Source: Bigelowiella natans CCMP2755
Lineage: Eukaryota; Protista; Cercozoa
Direction: 5' to 3'
Assembly (NCBI GenBank): GCA_000320545.1
Contig: ADNK01001162.1
Span: forward strand, 1 to 64,000
Length of the DNA stretch: 64,000 nt
The translations under genes were made by a program, and so were the position numbers. Below the pieces are notes generated by a model. That model saw only the letters and a list, made by a program, of their open reading frames with translations, did not search any database and was not told the DNA's origin. Shown one piece after another: positions 53,030 to 64,000 of this stretch. Every line of letters starts with the position of its first letter. Positions within the stretch are counted from its first letter, which is position 1.

Positions 53030-54571
53030 TCAGGCCTCAGCAGGCCGTAAATGACCAAATCGCTGCGATCCCAGAAATGTAAGAATGGAACCTGCTCCAT
53101 GGATCCGAGGGCGAAAGTTCTTTCCACACCAATGAGATTTTCTCACATACGCCTTGTCAATTTGTGCCTTGATGAGAAAATGTGAATCGTCCACAAAGTT
53201 CTCCGCCATTTTTTCGACATGGCACTCAAGATGGGCTACGCATTTCTCAATCGCCAACATTTTGTACTTGATTCCACAGAGAGCCTCGATTTCACGTTTC
53301 AGTACTGCGACGTTTTTCTCGTTATTAACATTCTGTGGTTTGGTTTTATCATTTCCTTTCTGCTCTGTATCCTTTTCCTTGTCATCACCTCTGGAATTCT
53401 CTCCTTTATCTCCTCCCCCTTTGCTTTCTTCTTCTGTGGTGTTATCATCATCAAGGGTTGCTAGTAGCGCGAAGGGATTCCCACCTCCCAATCGCTGATG
53501 TCTTCCTGGAGTTTTTCCTCTATACCGACCACCACCACCACCACCTTTATGTGTTGTTTTCGAACCAGCATGTTTCCAACCAGGGGGGCAAGTGACGATG
53601 CTAAGTTCCTTCATCTTGTCACACCTCGATCCAGATTTCTTTCCTATGTTCAAAACCATCTCTTCTTGAAAATGTGTTGGTACTGAGAGCACAAATTCAG
53701 CGCCTTCCCTACCGGATAGAAGTGAAGCACTATGGCGGCGTTTGTTAATGCTCATTAAAAAACTTCCATAATTGTTGGCCGGTGTGAGCCACGAGATCGT
53801 CATCACGTTTGCAGTCTTCTCCGGAGGTGCAACAGTAAGAAGGCATACAGGATTTGGATACAAGAGACGCGACATCATACGAGGGTCCTTCAGCTCAACG
53901 ACCTCTTTTCCCTCCTCTAAAGACTCCAGCCGCACAGGCTCCTTAATCATCTTCTTCTTCTTCTTCGTGTTTTGCTGCTGCTGCTGCAATTTCTGCTGAT
54001 CCACTCGTCCCCTCGGCGCCTTTCCCTTATCCTCTTTTAATTTAATATTGGGGTCACCTTCACTACTGTGTACTTTATTTTCAACAGCAGATGCTGCAGT
54101 ATCTAGTTCTAAAAGATCATCATCGTCATCATCACATGCCATCATTCGAGCTGGCATAGTTTCCTCATCATCATCATCATCATCTCCAGGCGAAGCCACT
54201 CGAGAAACTTGCGTCTTTCTCCCTCGAATTTGAGGAAACAAGTACTTCTTTGTGAGCGTTCCAGCGGCCTTATCCGCATCTACTTTTCTATCAAACGTCA
54301 CCAAAGCATACGCAGTTTGGTTCTTTTCTGATCTGCCGAACACCTGCACCTTGAGGAGCTTGCCAAAGTCCTCAAAGTGGATCGCCACTGCCTGAGGGAT
54401 AGAACCTTCCGGAATTGGAGAGACCTTCAGGGTGCAACCAGCCCCGCCCCCTCCTGAAGAAGACGGGCCTTCAGGAGCAATCATGATGTCAACGTTGCCA
54501 CCAGATTTCTTATTTTTTTGTTTGCCCCCAGATTTTGAAGACGAACGTTTGCGCTTGCCCTTTCTTCCCAT
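53030..54571 (-). CDS. Intronless fusion: basic N-terminus + RRM + flavin reductase-like (FMN-binding split barrel) domain
   Basis: RRM: LKVSPIPEGSIPQAVAIHFEDFGKLLKVQV..AYALVTFDRKVDADKA. Flavoredoxin-like: RLLYPNPVCLLT..NVMTISWLTP..SINKRRHS..FVLSVP..GKKSG..DK and IEKCVAHLECHVE..DSHFLIKAQIDKAYV. Confidence 0.8.
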   Translation of the reverse strand: MGRKGKRKRSSSKSGGKQKNKKSGGNVDIMIAPEGPSSSGGGGAGCTLKVSPIPEGSIPQAVAIHFEDFGKLLKVQVFGRSEKNQTAYALVTFDRKVDADKAAGTLTKKYLFPQIRGRKTQVSRVASPGDDDDDDEETMPARMMACDDDDDDLLELDTAASAVENKVHSSEGDPNIKLKEDKGKAPRGRVDQQKLQQQQQNTKKKKKMIKEPVRLESLEEGKEVVELKDPRMMSRLLYPNPVCLLTVAPPEKTANVMTISWLTPANNYGSFLMSINKRRHSASLLSGREGAEFVLSVPTHFQEEMVLNIGKKSGSRCDKMKELSIVTCPPGWKHAGSKTTHKGGGGGGRYRGKTPGRHQRLGGGNPFALLATLDDDNTTEEESKGGGDKGENSRGDDKEKDTEQKGNDKTKPQNVNNEKNVAVLKREIEALCGIKYKMLAIEKCVAHLECHVEKMAENFVDDSHFLIKAQIDKAYVRKSHWCGKNFRPRIHGAGSILTFLGSQRFGHLRPAEA

Positions 54572-54833
54572 CCCGCCACGTAGCTAGCAAGTAGTGTGGT
54601 GAGTGAGCTGCTATTTCTCCCTCCCCCCCTCCTTTCAGTGGCACCGCTTCTTGTTGCTGTTGTTGTTGTTGTTGTTGCTGCTGTTGCTGTTGCTGATCCG
54701 ACTGTAGATCCTCGTGTAGACTTGGATTTTAGGAAGTTTTTAGTCAGATTAGATGCATTGCGTCGTTGTCATTTTGCCGCCAATCACACCAACACTATCA
54801 CCAATTTTCAAATCATGCTGGTTTCCCCAGTTA

Positions 54834-56106
54834 GTCCCCGCGTCTCCACTTGCAGGTCACTGTCCAAGCGCTCGTGGTTGGACGTGAACACGTGAAACTG
54901 ACCCTCCTTCTTCGGTTGCTCTTGACTGGAGAAGGCAAGTGAGGACGTGGGTGAGCTGCCTACATGCCCACGGCCCTTGCGATTCATCGAAGTGATTGAA
55001 AACTCTGCATTCGATTCGTTCGATTCGTTCATTGAAACACACGCTTCTTCGATCCTGAGTTTGTGCCGCGTGCGCATCGTCCTCAACGGAACGTGCACAC
55101 CTTTTCGCAAAGTCCGCTTGCACGCATGGTTCGAAACGAACACGAACCTTTCAGATTTGAACCTTGTGAATGGGGGACAATGTGCACTTGCGCGTGCATC
55201 CCAGCTAGCCAGCATCGTTGTTGCCGTCTCGTCGAAACGCGTGCTTTGCACACGCAGCGTGGTCGCAGCGTGTGGCTGGTTGCAACACAATCAGCCTGCA
55301 CAGTCGCAAAGTTCCACGCGGCTGCGCAATCTCGCTCACATCGAGCCCACAGACAATCAACGCACACAGCTAGACAGCTAGCTAGCCAGACTAGCTAGCT
55401 AGACTAGCTAGCTAGACTAGCTAGCTGCATGATCAAACTCACCAACTAGCCAAGCTGGCTAGCTGGCAAGTCCATCGCTGGATCGCTGCGCTTCATCACT
55501 GTGGACATGCGCTGCACGTGATGTGTGTGATGTGCACTGCGTGGGATGAATCATGATGCAACGTTTTGTGCAGCAAATGAAGATGCATGACCATGGACAT
55601 GCGCACATGTGACATGTGCAATCTAGCAATGCACACAATGTGCACTGTGTCTGTTGTCATTCCCGCAATCTAGCAATGTCTAGCTAGCTAGGTGTGCCAA
55701 TCACTGCAATCAGTGATCCCCATGGATGCAGCAGTGGCACCTGCTCTGGTGCTAGCCTGCTGCATGCATGCTCCATTCGCATCGTGTTTGCTAGTTTGGG
55801 CTTTGTGCAGTGCCTAGAGTCGTGCATGTGTTCAAGCTAACAGGCGTCGCTAGTGATCGATCGCTGCACCAATCCTTCACTTCTGGATTTGTCCATGCTT
55901 GAATTCGATCTTCTGGTGATTCTGCATGGATCTTGTTGGGCGGTGGCGATGCGTGCTAGCATGCTAGCATGGCAGCCCCAACCGGACTAGTGGACACAGC
56001 TAGACAGACACCATGGACAATGATCGATGCGCGATGCATGTTTGCATGTCAGCATGCACACACATTGTCTAGATTGTCATCGATGCTAGAAATGATCAAG
56101 ACAACG
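54834..56106. other. TpA-depleted (hypermutated) island 3, CTAG-rich
   Basis: About 31 TpA in about 1.27 kb. About 29 are in CTAG and the others are CTAC (54960) and CTAA (55837). Confidence 0.88.
55369..55426. repeat. CTAG-based tandem array (~13-bp unit actagctagctag)
   Basis: 11 CTAG in under 60 bp. Confidence 0.9.
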
Positions 56107-56229
56107 TAATTTCAAAACTTCAACGTGTTGTTGACAAATAGTTGCACGTTGCATGTGTTAACGTGCATGGTTGCTTTATTCAGTAAAAGATCGAAGAAAG
56201 ATTTTTTTGGTTCAAAGCGGTATGTGAAA

Positions 56230-56340
56230 TTAGTTACCATTAGCGGTGGTGCCGTTGACAATGCAAGAATCGAAAGCCCCAACCTGCAAAACACTCCATT
56301 ACTTTCGCGAGCCCAGGCTTTTCTCTTGGTCCCTCACACG

Positions 56341-56391
<51 letters not shown>

Positions 56392-59373
56392 TATATCTCG
56401 TTACAACCAAACTTGTGCGACTAGTGTGACACAGATTACAACGAATCAAATATAAAATTCAAATGTGCATGTATGTAAAAAATGGACTTTCAAGGCCGTA
56501 TTTCAGGGAGAAAGTCGCTGTGTTTCTTTCCTTAAATTTATCTTCAGAATTCTACTGGCTACCACCACGCTAGATGAATTTGTTGCGTAATATTCTGTCG
56601 ACATACCCAAAGTTGTGTGATTTCCTTCCCTGAAAGCCCGTCAAACGTCGTCACTTTCTCGCCTGCTTTATCCCCCAGCATTGCCTTGTATGCGCAGTCG
56701 ACAACACACTCCGATGTCCGATTGTGCGGTTGAGGGCATCCATCGAAGCAATTCTGATGAACGTAGAGAGAGACGGGTAAGATTGATGATGTTGTTGACT
56801 GTTACTTCTTCTTCTTCTTTTTCTTCTTCTTGTATAACCACCATTACCACCACCACTTCTCACGGCTTAATCATACCGGAGAGAGCGAATGAAGTGAAGC
56901 ATCTAGAGCTTCTATCTGGCATCTGAAGTGTTAAATTAACGAAAATCAAACATGAAGGTAGAGAGTAGAGGGAGCGAAAGGAGACATAACAGGTGATGAT
57001 AGACTAGATGTCGTTCTCAACACAAATAATGCAAAGAAACACATATGCATGATACATAAGAGAGGGGGGGGGGGGGGGGGGGGGGGGGGTAGATTCGCAC
57101 ATAATATGCTGAGAAATAGAGAATCGAACAGAAAATATGCCAGTAATTGTTACGAGAAAGATCAGGAAACAAAACTAAAACTACAAAAACATGTTTTGTG
57201 GATTTATTGTCATGCCCAGTCGTCAGTCAAAATAAAAAGGCTATTATTTAGTGGATATATGCATGTAGCACCCAGCATCGACTTTCTCCTCCTCTTCAAG
57301 GAGCTGCCAATATTTCCCCTCTCCCTCCTCGGTCTACAATAAAATCACTAAGCTGTCACTAATTATTCGAAGAACGCCAAGAAATGGCACGCCTCACGAG
57401 TCTAGTGATTGCATGATATGCAACGACAATGTCGTATCAACAACGACAAGGAAACAAATTCACTTATAAGAACACGACATTGACAGCTATTCTATCCGCA
57501 CTGTATGTCCGCAACACAACTCATGAACTACAACCTATCAGTTGCATCATCATTGTGTAACAATTTTTGTGATACTCTTCATGTTTTCATTATAGTAATT
57601 ACTATTATTCACAATTTTACGTCAGCAGGTCAGCAGTATGACGTGCGTAATTACCGTGGAATACCAGGAGCCCTTGAGACGCCTCACCAGGTTGTATAAG
57701 TAATAACTATACTTGCTACTGCCTAAATGGATAATGATGATGATGATGATGATAATAGATATATAGTAATAATAGATAAATAACAGGGGACGGAACGGTA
57801 AGCTGCCGGCTGCTGCTTTGGCAGTAAAAAATGACAGAGAAAAAAACTGAATGCACCATATTTTCCTATGGTGCTAGTTAATTTGATAGAATACCTTTCC
57901 TCGGTTTGTAACCAAAAATCTGATAAATATCCTCTCGTCCGACAGACCCATTACACGGTGCCTAAAAGTTGATGGATAGATGATATAAGGGCAGAGAAGA
58001 TAGAGGGGCAAGGTGGTAAGAAAAGAAGGTCGCCAGCCCACTCTTCCATACCGATTAGAAAAACATTCATTCATGTTGCAAAAACTATCATTACAAAGCA
58101 GCTGCTACCGATTTATGCCATCCACCGCAGACACAGTGATAGGTGCCGTCCTTGCAAGGTTGAGGTGGGTTGGACATCGGAACTGTCCTGATAAGGATTG
58201 CGACGATAATGATGATACGCATGATATGATGTATCATGTAGTGACATCGTCATCAATGTAACAGTAATATTCATCAATGTCCGATGCGTCTATGAGGTAT
58301 TATTTTGCCGCACCCATCGACGCAGATGTTGCCTGATTTATGTCCACGAGAAGAAGAAGAAGAAGAAGATGGAGAAATGGAGGGAATCAAGTGAACAGGT
58401 GCATTATATTTCAGTATTAGTTCATTGAGTAGTTAGATATGAGCTCATGTCTTTACTACGACTCACACATCATCAATACAACATTGCAAGCTTCAACATA
58501 GGGTCAAGTCTTGCGTAAATTTAACAATTTACTTAGACCAAATTGCAAAATAGTTGTGTAAACTCCTCCCCCATCTTTCCTAATTGCCGAATCGTCTTTT
58601 CTATGTTTTTAATTCAGGGCTACATATTGATGTGTATATGATATAGCATTGTAAGCCTTGTAATAAAAGAAGTCTTATTATTATTATTATTATTTTTATT
58701 GTAATTCATTATAATAATTCGCATAGTAGTACATCTTCCATACGGTCCGTATCGTGAGTCAACTTGGACCTACAGACGAATACATTATATTATCGAAATT
58801 GTAGGTGGTGTGCATGATGGGTACTGTTGATTGAGTTAGTTGCTAACCAAAACACGGGTAATAGCAAGGTCCTTTGCAATGACCTGTAGAACGCAATAGG
58901 TGATTAATACTGTAGAAAATATAGCAACAGGATCATCTATCTTTCCTTATTACCTCAGGATTTGAGCACTGCCCAGGCCAATGATGCTGAGACTTGTTCG
59001 CACATATCAGAGGAGACTGAAAACCAGACGTACATTAGGTAAAGGGTGGGTTACAAAATTTTCGTTCAAGCATCGCTATGGGGCTAGAGATCGATGTGTG
59101 CTTTTACCATTCTGGACTGGAGATCAAAGAATGCATCTCCAATCGCATCAGCCGTGTTCATATTTTTAATGCCGCTGTAGCTAATGGAATTAGAGGACAA
59201 TCAGCTCGTCTGTCGTTGCTAGTGTAAAGATTGCAGAAGAAACATTGGAAATTGTAATACTTGGCTGGGTTCACATGATAGAGGGTGAGATTCACGGCAT
59301 AATTGGGATCAATCTGGCTGCTTACGAGACCGCAGAGGAAGCTTAACGATAGTAGCCATGATGGCAACAACAT
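56230..59373 (-). CDS. Secreted cysteine-rich protein of unknown function (many small exons)
   Basis: Signal peptide MLLPSWLLSLSFLCGLVSS. Exons NLTLYHVNPA / YSGIKNMNTADAIGDAFFDLQSRM / SPLICANKSQHHWPGQCSNPE / VIAKDLAITRVL / VQVDSRYGPYGR / CNICVDG / PCKDGTYHCVCGG.. / VGAFDSCIVNGTTANGN* joined by GT-AG introns. Confidence 0.7.
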
Positions 59374-59782
59374 GATGGTTCGAAGAAGAGCCTGAGTAAT
59401 ACTGGATATAATTCCTCATATTCACTTGTCGTTCCTGATAAAACAAAGGGAATTTATTACATACTTGATGAACGACTTAACAACTAGGACTTCCATAAAT
59501 TACGATACACTAGTACTGTGACATCCCGATATATTACATATTATAGGCATAATTTGTATACCGAAAACATCTAAATTGGAATAGTAGTCCTCCCCCTCCT
59601 ACTCAAAGATGATGATAATGATGATGATGATGAAAGCATGGCTGATTTCCTGATGCTACACCGACAAACACCCAACATTATTATTACAATCCTCTCCTCC
59701 TCCTCCTCCTCCTTCTCCTCCTCCTCCTCCTTCTCCTCCTCCTCTCCTCCTCCTCCTCTCCTCCTCCGCTGTGACTCTTCGC

Positions 59783-60373
59783 ATGGTCTGGAGGAAGGTA
59801 TCACAACTCCTCGGAGGGCCCCTCTAATTACGTAAAATGCACCTGCTAATAGTACATTGCAACGGGGTGGAGATTCACTGTAGCTTTGCCCTTTTCAAAG
59901 ATAACAAATTCTGCTGCCGGGCGCTCTGGACAATCATTTTCCTCATTCTGTGCTTCTCCTCCTGTTTCTTCCTTCTTCTTCTTCTTCTTCTTCTTTTTCT
60001 TCTTCCTCCTCCATCATCTTGCTTGCTCTCTTCCTTCTTCAGGTTGCCGTAGTTATAGGGTCGGGGGTTTCTTTCGGGTTTCTTGGGTTCTATCTCCAGA
60101 GTAGGCTGTTGACAGACTATGAGGTGGTGTGCATCGTACTTATTCCTATCCTCGCTTTTTAAAATCATAATTTTAGATTCATCCAATGAGTACTGAAGAT
60201 AGTGCAAAAACTCTAGCTGTTGTCACCTTTGTTTCTAAATAACTATCCAGGTCGAAATGAAGAAAACCTTAGACCGTGAAGTTGAGCAGGAATTTCAGAG
60301 ACGGAAGAAAATGAAAGCTAGTATCGCGAGATCATTGCCCCCACTCGCAGCAAAGAATGAGCCCGATGAATAA
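59783..60373 (+). CDS. 72-aa single-pass membrane microprotein (exons 59783-59797, 60043-60123, 60251-60373)
   Basis: MVWRK/VAVVIGSGVSFGFLGFYLQSRLLTDYE/VEMKKTLDREVEQEFQRRKKMKASIARSLPPLAAKNEPDE*. Both introns are phase-0 GT-AG. Confidence 0.65.
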
Positions 60374-61218
60374 CACTGCATAAGACGCCATGGAAACCAG
60401 ACACAGCTAGACAGCATCGAAAATGAAATTTCACGCTATGTTCATGATGTATCACACATGTAGCATTATGTATTCCAAAATAGAGTTAATTATTAATTTG
60501 TTGTGTCTATTGCCCATGCACGACACAACAAATGCGCATACATGACGCACGACATCATTTTAAATGCATGATTTTGTTCAAATCGATTGTAACAGCCAGA
60601 TCTAGAGATTTGTAGCGGGCACGAACGTCATCTAGAAGCATGTGTGCACAAAGCCACCCTGTCATCCGGGTGTCGTTGCATTGTTCATAGATAGAATTAG
60701 AGCTTGTGCTGTTATGTTAACAACACTAGCTGGAATTCTAGCTAGTGTTGTGCAATGCGATGCATGACGCAACTTGACCGTGTTTAATAAATATATAATG
60801 TGCGTGCATGAAATAACACTAGAACAAGCAAATTCATCGCGCTGTCTAGCCGTGCTAGCGTGCTACGTGCTACTGCTGCATTGATGTAAGGCATGCGCAT
60901 GTTGATCATCTGCTCCCACACATTTTGACATTTGATCTAGCTAGCTAGCCATGCACGCTTTAATGGCATATTAACCGCAAATCTAATTCTATGTCGCGCG
61001 ATCGAATCTGTGCTATTGCACACATAGGCATTTCTTTCTCCACTGTACGGCGTAAGACGATTGACACGTCTGTGGTGTAGCGAAGTGGTTCGTTGTGAGT
61101 TTAGACCAAGCAGTGCGCCTTGCTGTTTTGGTTTTATTAGCTGCGTGATTGTCATGGGTGTTTATTGTCTTTATTCCTAAAATTGTATGCATGCATGGCT
61201 GCTGGTACTAGAGTAGAC

Positions 61219-61264
<46 letters not shown>

Positions 61265-61330
61265 GTATAGGCTAGATCCAGTAGATAGCGCTCCAGGCTA
61301 GCATGCAGAATAGGTACTAGCGGAATATTT

Positions 61331-62375
61331 CTATGTTTCGGACATGCAACGATCAAATATGTAGTTGCATTGTGGTGTCATGCTGTATACAATATGCCAT
61401 GCAGTCATGTTTTCGCAGTTCTTGCTAGGATCTCTGCACACATGATTGACACCCTTCATTATATAAGGTAGGTATGTTTCTACATCAATAATCTGATGAT
61501 CATCAATGTGGGTGAGATTCAAGTGTATGATCGTAGCGGTGCATCCCCATCTTTACTAACTCAAACACCACATCCTCATCAAAATGCCCGCCTTTACAGT
61601 TGATATGCTCGACATGCATATGCGGCATGTAATTAAAGAGAAACCTGATTTAAAACGAAAACGATACGGGTGGAGAAGGGTAGATGATGATCAATACCGA
61701 CTGGCAAAGAACCTCATAATTCAGCGGCAAAAATGGGAATTACTAGAAATAAACCAGTGATAAGAACAAAACAAAAACAGCGATATTTTGTTGTCAACAG
61801 AATCTTAACAAAATGATCTTTCACAGATATCTGTCTCGACTATTGCAGCGAACAAAAGGATGCCGATTTGTTTTGTAAAAACTCCAAATATACAAATGTA
61901 ATTGAGCTAGTTATTGTGATGATAAAATCTAACTATAAACATCAGGACCCCGAATTTGAATGAGCGTCTTTTATCCAAATAAATACTTTGCACATATATG
62001 ATTTGTTTTCTTCTTCTTCTTCTTCTTCTTGTTGTTGTTTTCTACCATTCCATTTTGAACCACTCTGGATATAAACGAATTTGCGTGGAACCACGAGGGA
62101 GAAACCTGGATGATGATTGAAATTGATGATGCTGAAACATCTCTGCTGCTCAAATTGCTTGTTTGCTACTGCTACGATGTCAGCACTATTCATCTGTGTG
62201 TTCTCTCTTGGGCTGGATGTAGAAGTTCTTCTTCTTCTTCTTCTTCTTCTTCTTATCCTCTGGTTACCAGGAAATGAAAGAGCCTGATCCTGGTCCTGTG
62301 ATGAATATCGTTGAACGCGACATCTCCTTCGTTCGTCGTATAACATACAACACATACAGCACACACATTAAAATA

Positions 62376-62410
<35 letters not shown>

Positions 62411-63248
62411 ACACAGCTTTGCTGCATCCTTCTACGAGATCTGCCAGCATAGCACACACGCTACTTCTTCTTCTTTTCGTGTGGACCAACACATATTTGA
62501 ATATGCAATACAATCCAAAATGATGACACCTAATCCTACTTCCCGCTCACACTAGTAATAGTAGTACTAATAGTAGCAGTAGCAGTAATAGTAGTAGCAA
62601 TAGCAGTAGTAGTAGCAGTAGTAATACCTTTATTTGATATTTTATAGGCTTTCCGTGCCATGTCTACATACGAAGAAAAGAAGAAGAAGAAGAAGAAGAA
62701 GAAGAAGAAGAGGAAACAAGATGATGATTATGAACATCATCGGGGTTAAGAGAGTAGTGCCACTTATTACTATGCACCATGTAGTGTATATGTATCAGCA
62801 TGTAGTGTGTCTTCTTTCATTCAGCCCGTCATTTACTTAACAGTGAGAATAAAAACGGTGTAGTAGTAGCAGTAGCAGTCTCGTTTTGAATTGTTCAAAA
62901 TATAATAAGAAATTGTCCTTTTTCATTGTAGTGTGTTGATGATTATTGATGGGTTGTGCTGCTTGTATCAGTCAGAAAGGCACTGATTCTTCATGCAAGT
63001 AGTAGTACAACCAATGGCATATCATGGGTAGTGCATGATGTGTGTATTAGAGTATATCCCGTGCAATCTTAGTTTAAGTTTTTGTTATTTTGATGAATGA
63101 ATGGTTGTATGCTATGCTTGTAGTTTGTTGAAGATACTTATGATGTGTACGGAAGCTGTTATTACCACAAAGAGCATGACTTCTATATTTAGACTCTCTT
63201 CAATCCTTTTCTTTAACTTAGAAAGTCCGAATATCTTACCAGCAAACA

Positions 63249-63282
<34 letters not shown>

Positions 63283-63845
63283 TATGTAAACATATTATAT
63301 ATATAAATATATTTCATTATTGTCTGTCTCTCTCTCTGTGTGTGTGTGTGTGTGTGTGTGTGTAGTGAGTAGCAGCACCTTTCTTTCCGCTTTGTAGTCT
63401 TTGACATCTCTGTCCCATATTATCACCTTATTATTACATGCGTCGTCATTATAGTTCAGAGTAGTAGAGACGATGAGTGGATGATACGATGATTAAAATT
63501 AAACAATCCTTCACCCTGTTCTTCTTTGGCAGCACGTCTCGTATTCCTTATGATTATTTGACATACCATTTGTTAGTGAGAGAACTCACATCAAACATAT
63601 GTATCAGCTCAACATCTACCAACAAAATACACCATGATCAAAGGAAAACAACGAACAGAAACCGTTGTATGTACAAAGTGGTTGTTGTTATAATAATAAT
63701 ATTATTATCTATAATTACTATCATCATTGTTATCATATTCACGGGTAGTATTATACTGTTGAATGGGGATATATTTATTGAATGTCAATATTCACCTATA
63801 TTGTGCATGACATATCGACGGAAGTTGTACAGTGTTGCTTGTCGG
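61331..63845 (-). CDS. 3' part of a glycosyltransferase family 61 (DUF563/EOGT-like) gene; both ends uncertain
   Basis: Exons RQATLYNFRRYVMHNI / VIIWDRD / LKKRIEESLNIE / TWHGKPIKYQIK / EMSRSTIFITGPGSGSFISW / FLPRGSTQIRLYPE resemble the GT61 C-terminal motif (..IxxHGAG..FLPPGAxVIELxP). Confidence 0.55.
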
Positions 63846-63876
63846 CCTAAATGATTAAAGCACACACACACGCACA

Positions 63877-63930
<54 letters not shown>

Positions 63931-64000
63931 CACACGCTACGTTTTACAAACCTAGTCAGCCCCTCTTCGGTGTGAGAGAGAGGGGGAGATATTCACGTGC

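Noticed and set aside
54596-55398. Overlapping ORFs upstream of the RRM/flavin gene
   Set aside because: They lie largely in TpA-free island 3 and are stop-codon depletion artefacts with no recognisable domain.
55369-55426. CTAG array as a CRISPR-like or telomeric repeat
   Set aside because: No spacers, no cas genes and not a telomere motif. It is a simple tandem expansion.

Overview
Gene-dense, intron-rich eukaryotic nuclear DNA with abundant microsatellites. It most likely comes from a chlorarachniophyte-type alga. That is an inference from a chlorophyll b reductase (NOL-like) gene carrying a signal peptide plus transit-like leader, the pattern of a secondary green plastid. Genes read from spliced exons: a multi-TM/PDZ protein, NOL-like SDR, rhomboid protease, a large unknown protein, a stand-alone AROM-type shikimate kinase, TRAP-gamma, a secreted GH31 with an inserted PAN/Apple module, an ADAM-like protein with a Glu-to-Gln active-site change, DIS3L2-like exoribonuclease, mitochondrial Lon, an RRM/flavin-reductase fusion, a secreted Cys-rich protein, a 72-aa membrane protein and a GT61-like fragment. 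The most striking signal is non-genic. Three 1.0-1.4 kb islands (about 4420-5828, 16078-17128, 54834-56106) have lost almost all TpA except inside CTAG, while CpG is kept. This fits a targeted T[A>G]H hypermutation acting on both strands, opposite in polarity to fungal RIP. Three convergent intergenic spacers are strongly CTAG-enriched and may be older products of the same process. Exon boundaries and counts were determined by eye and no database searches were run.
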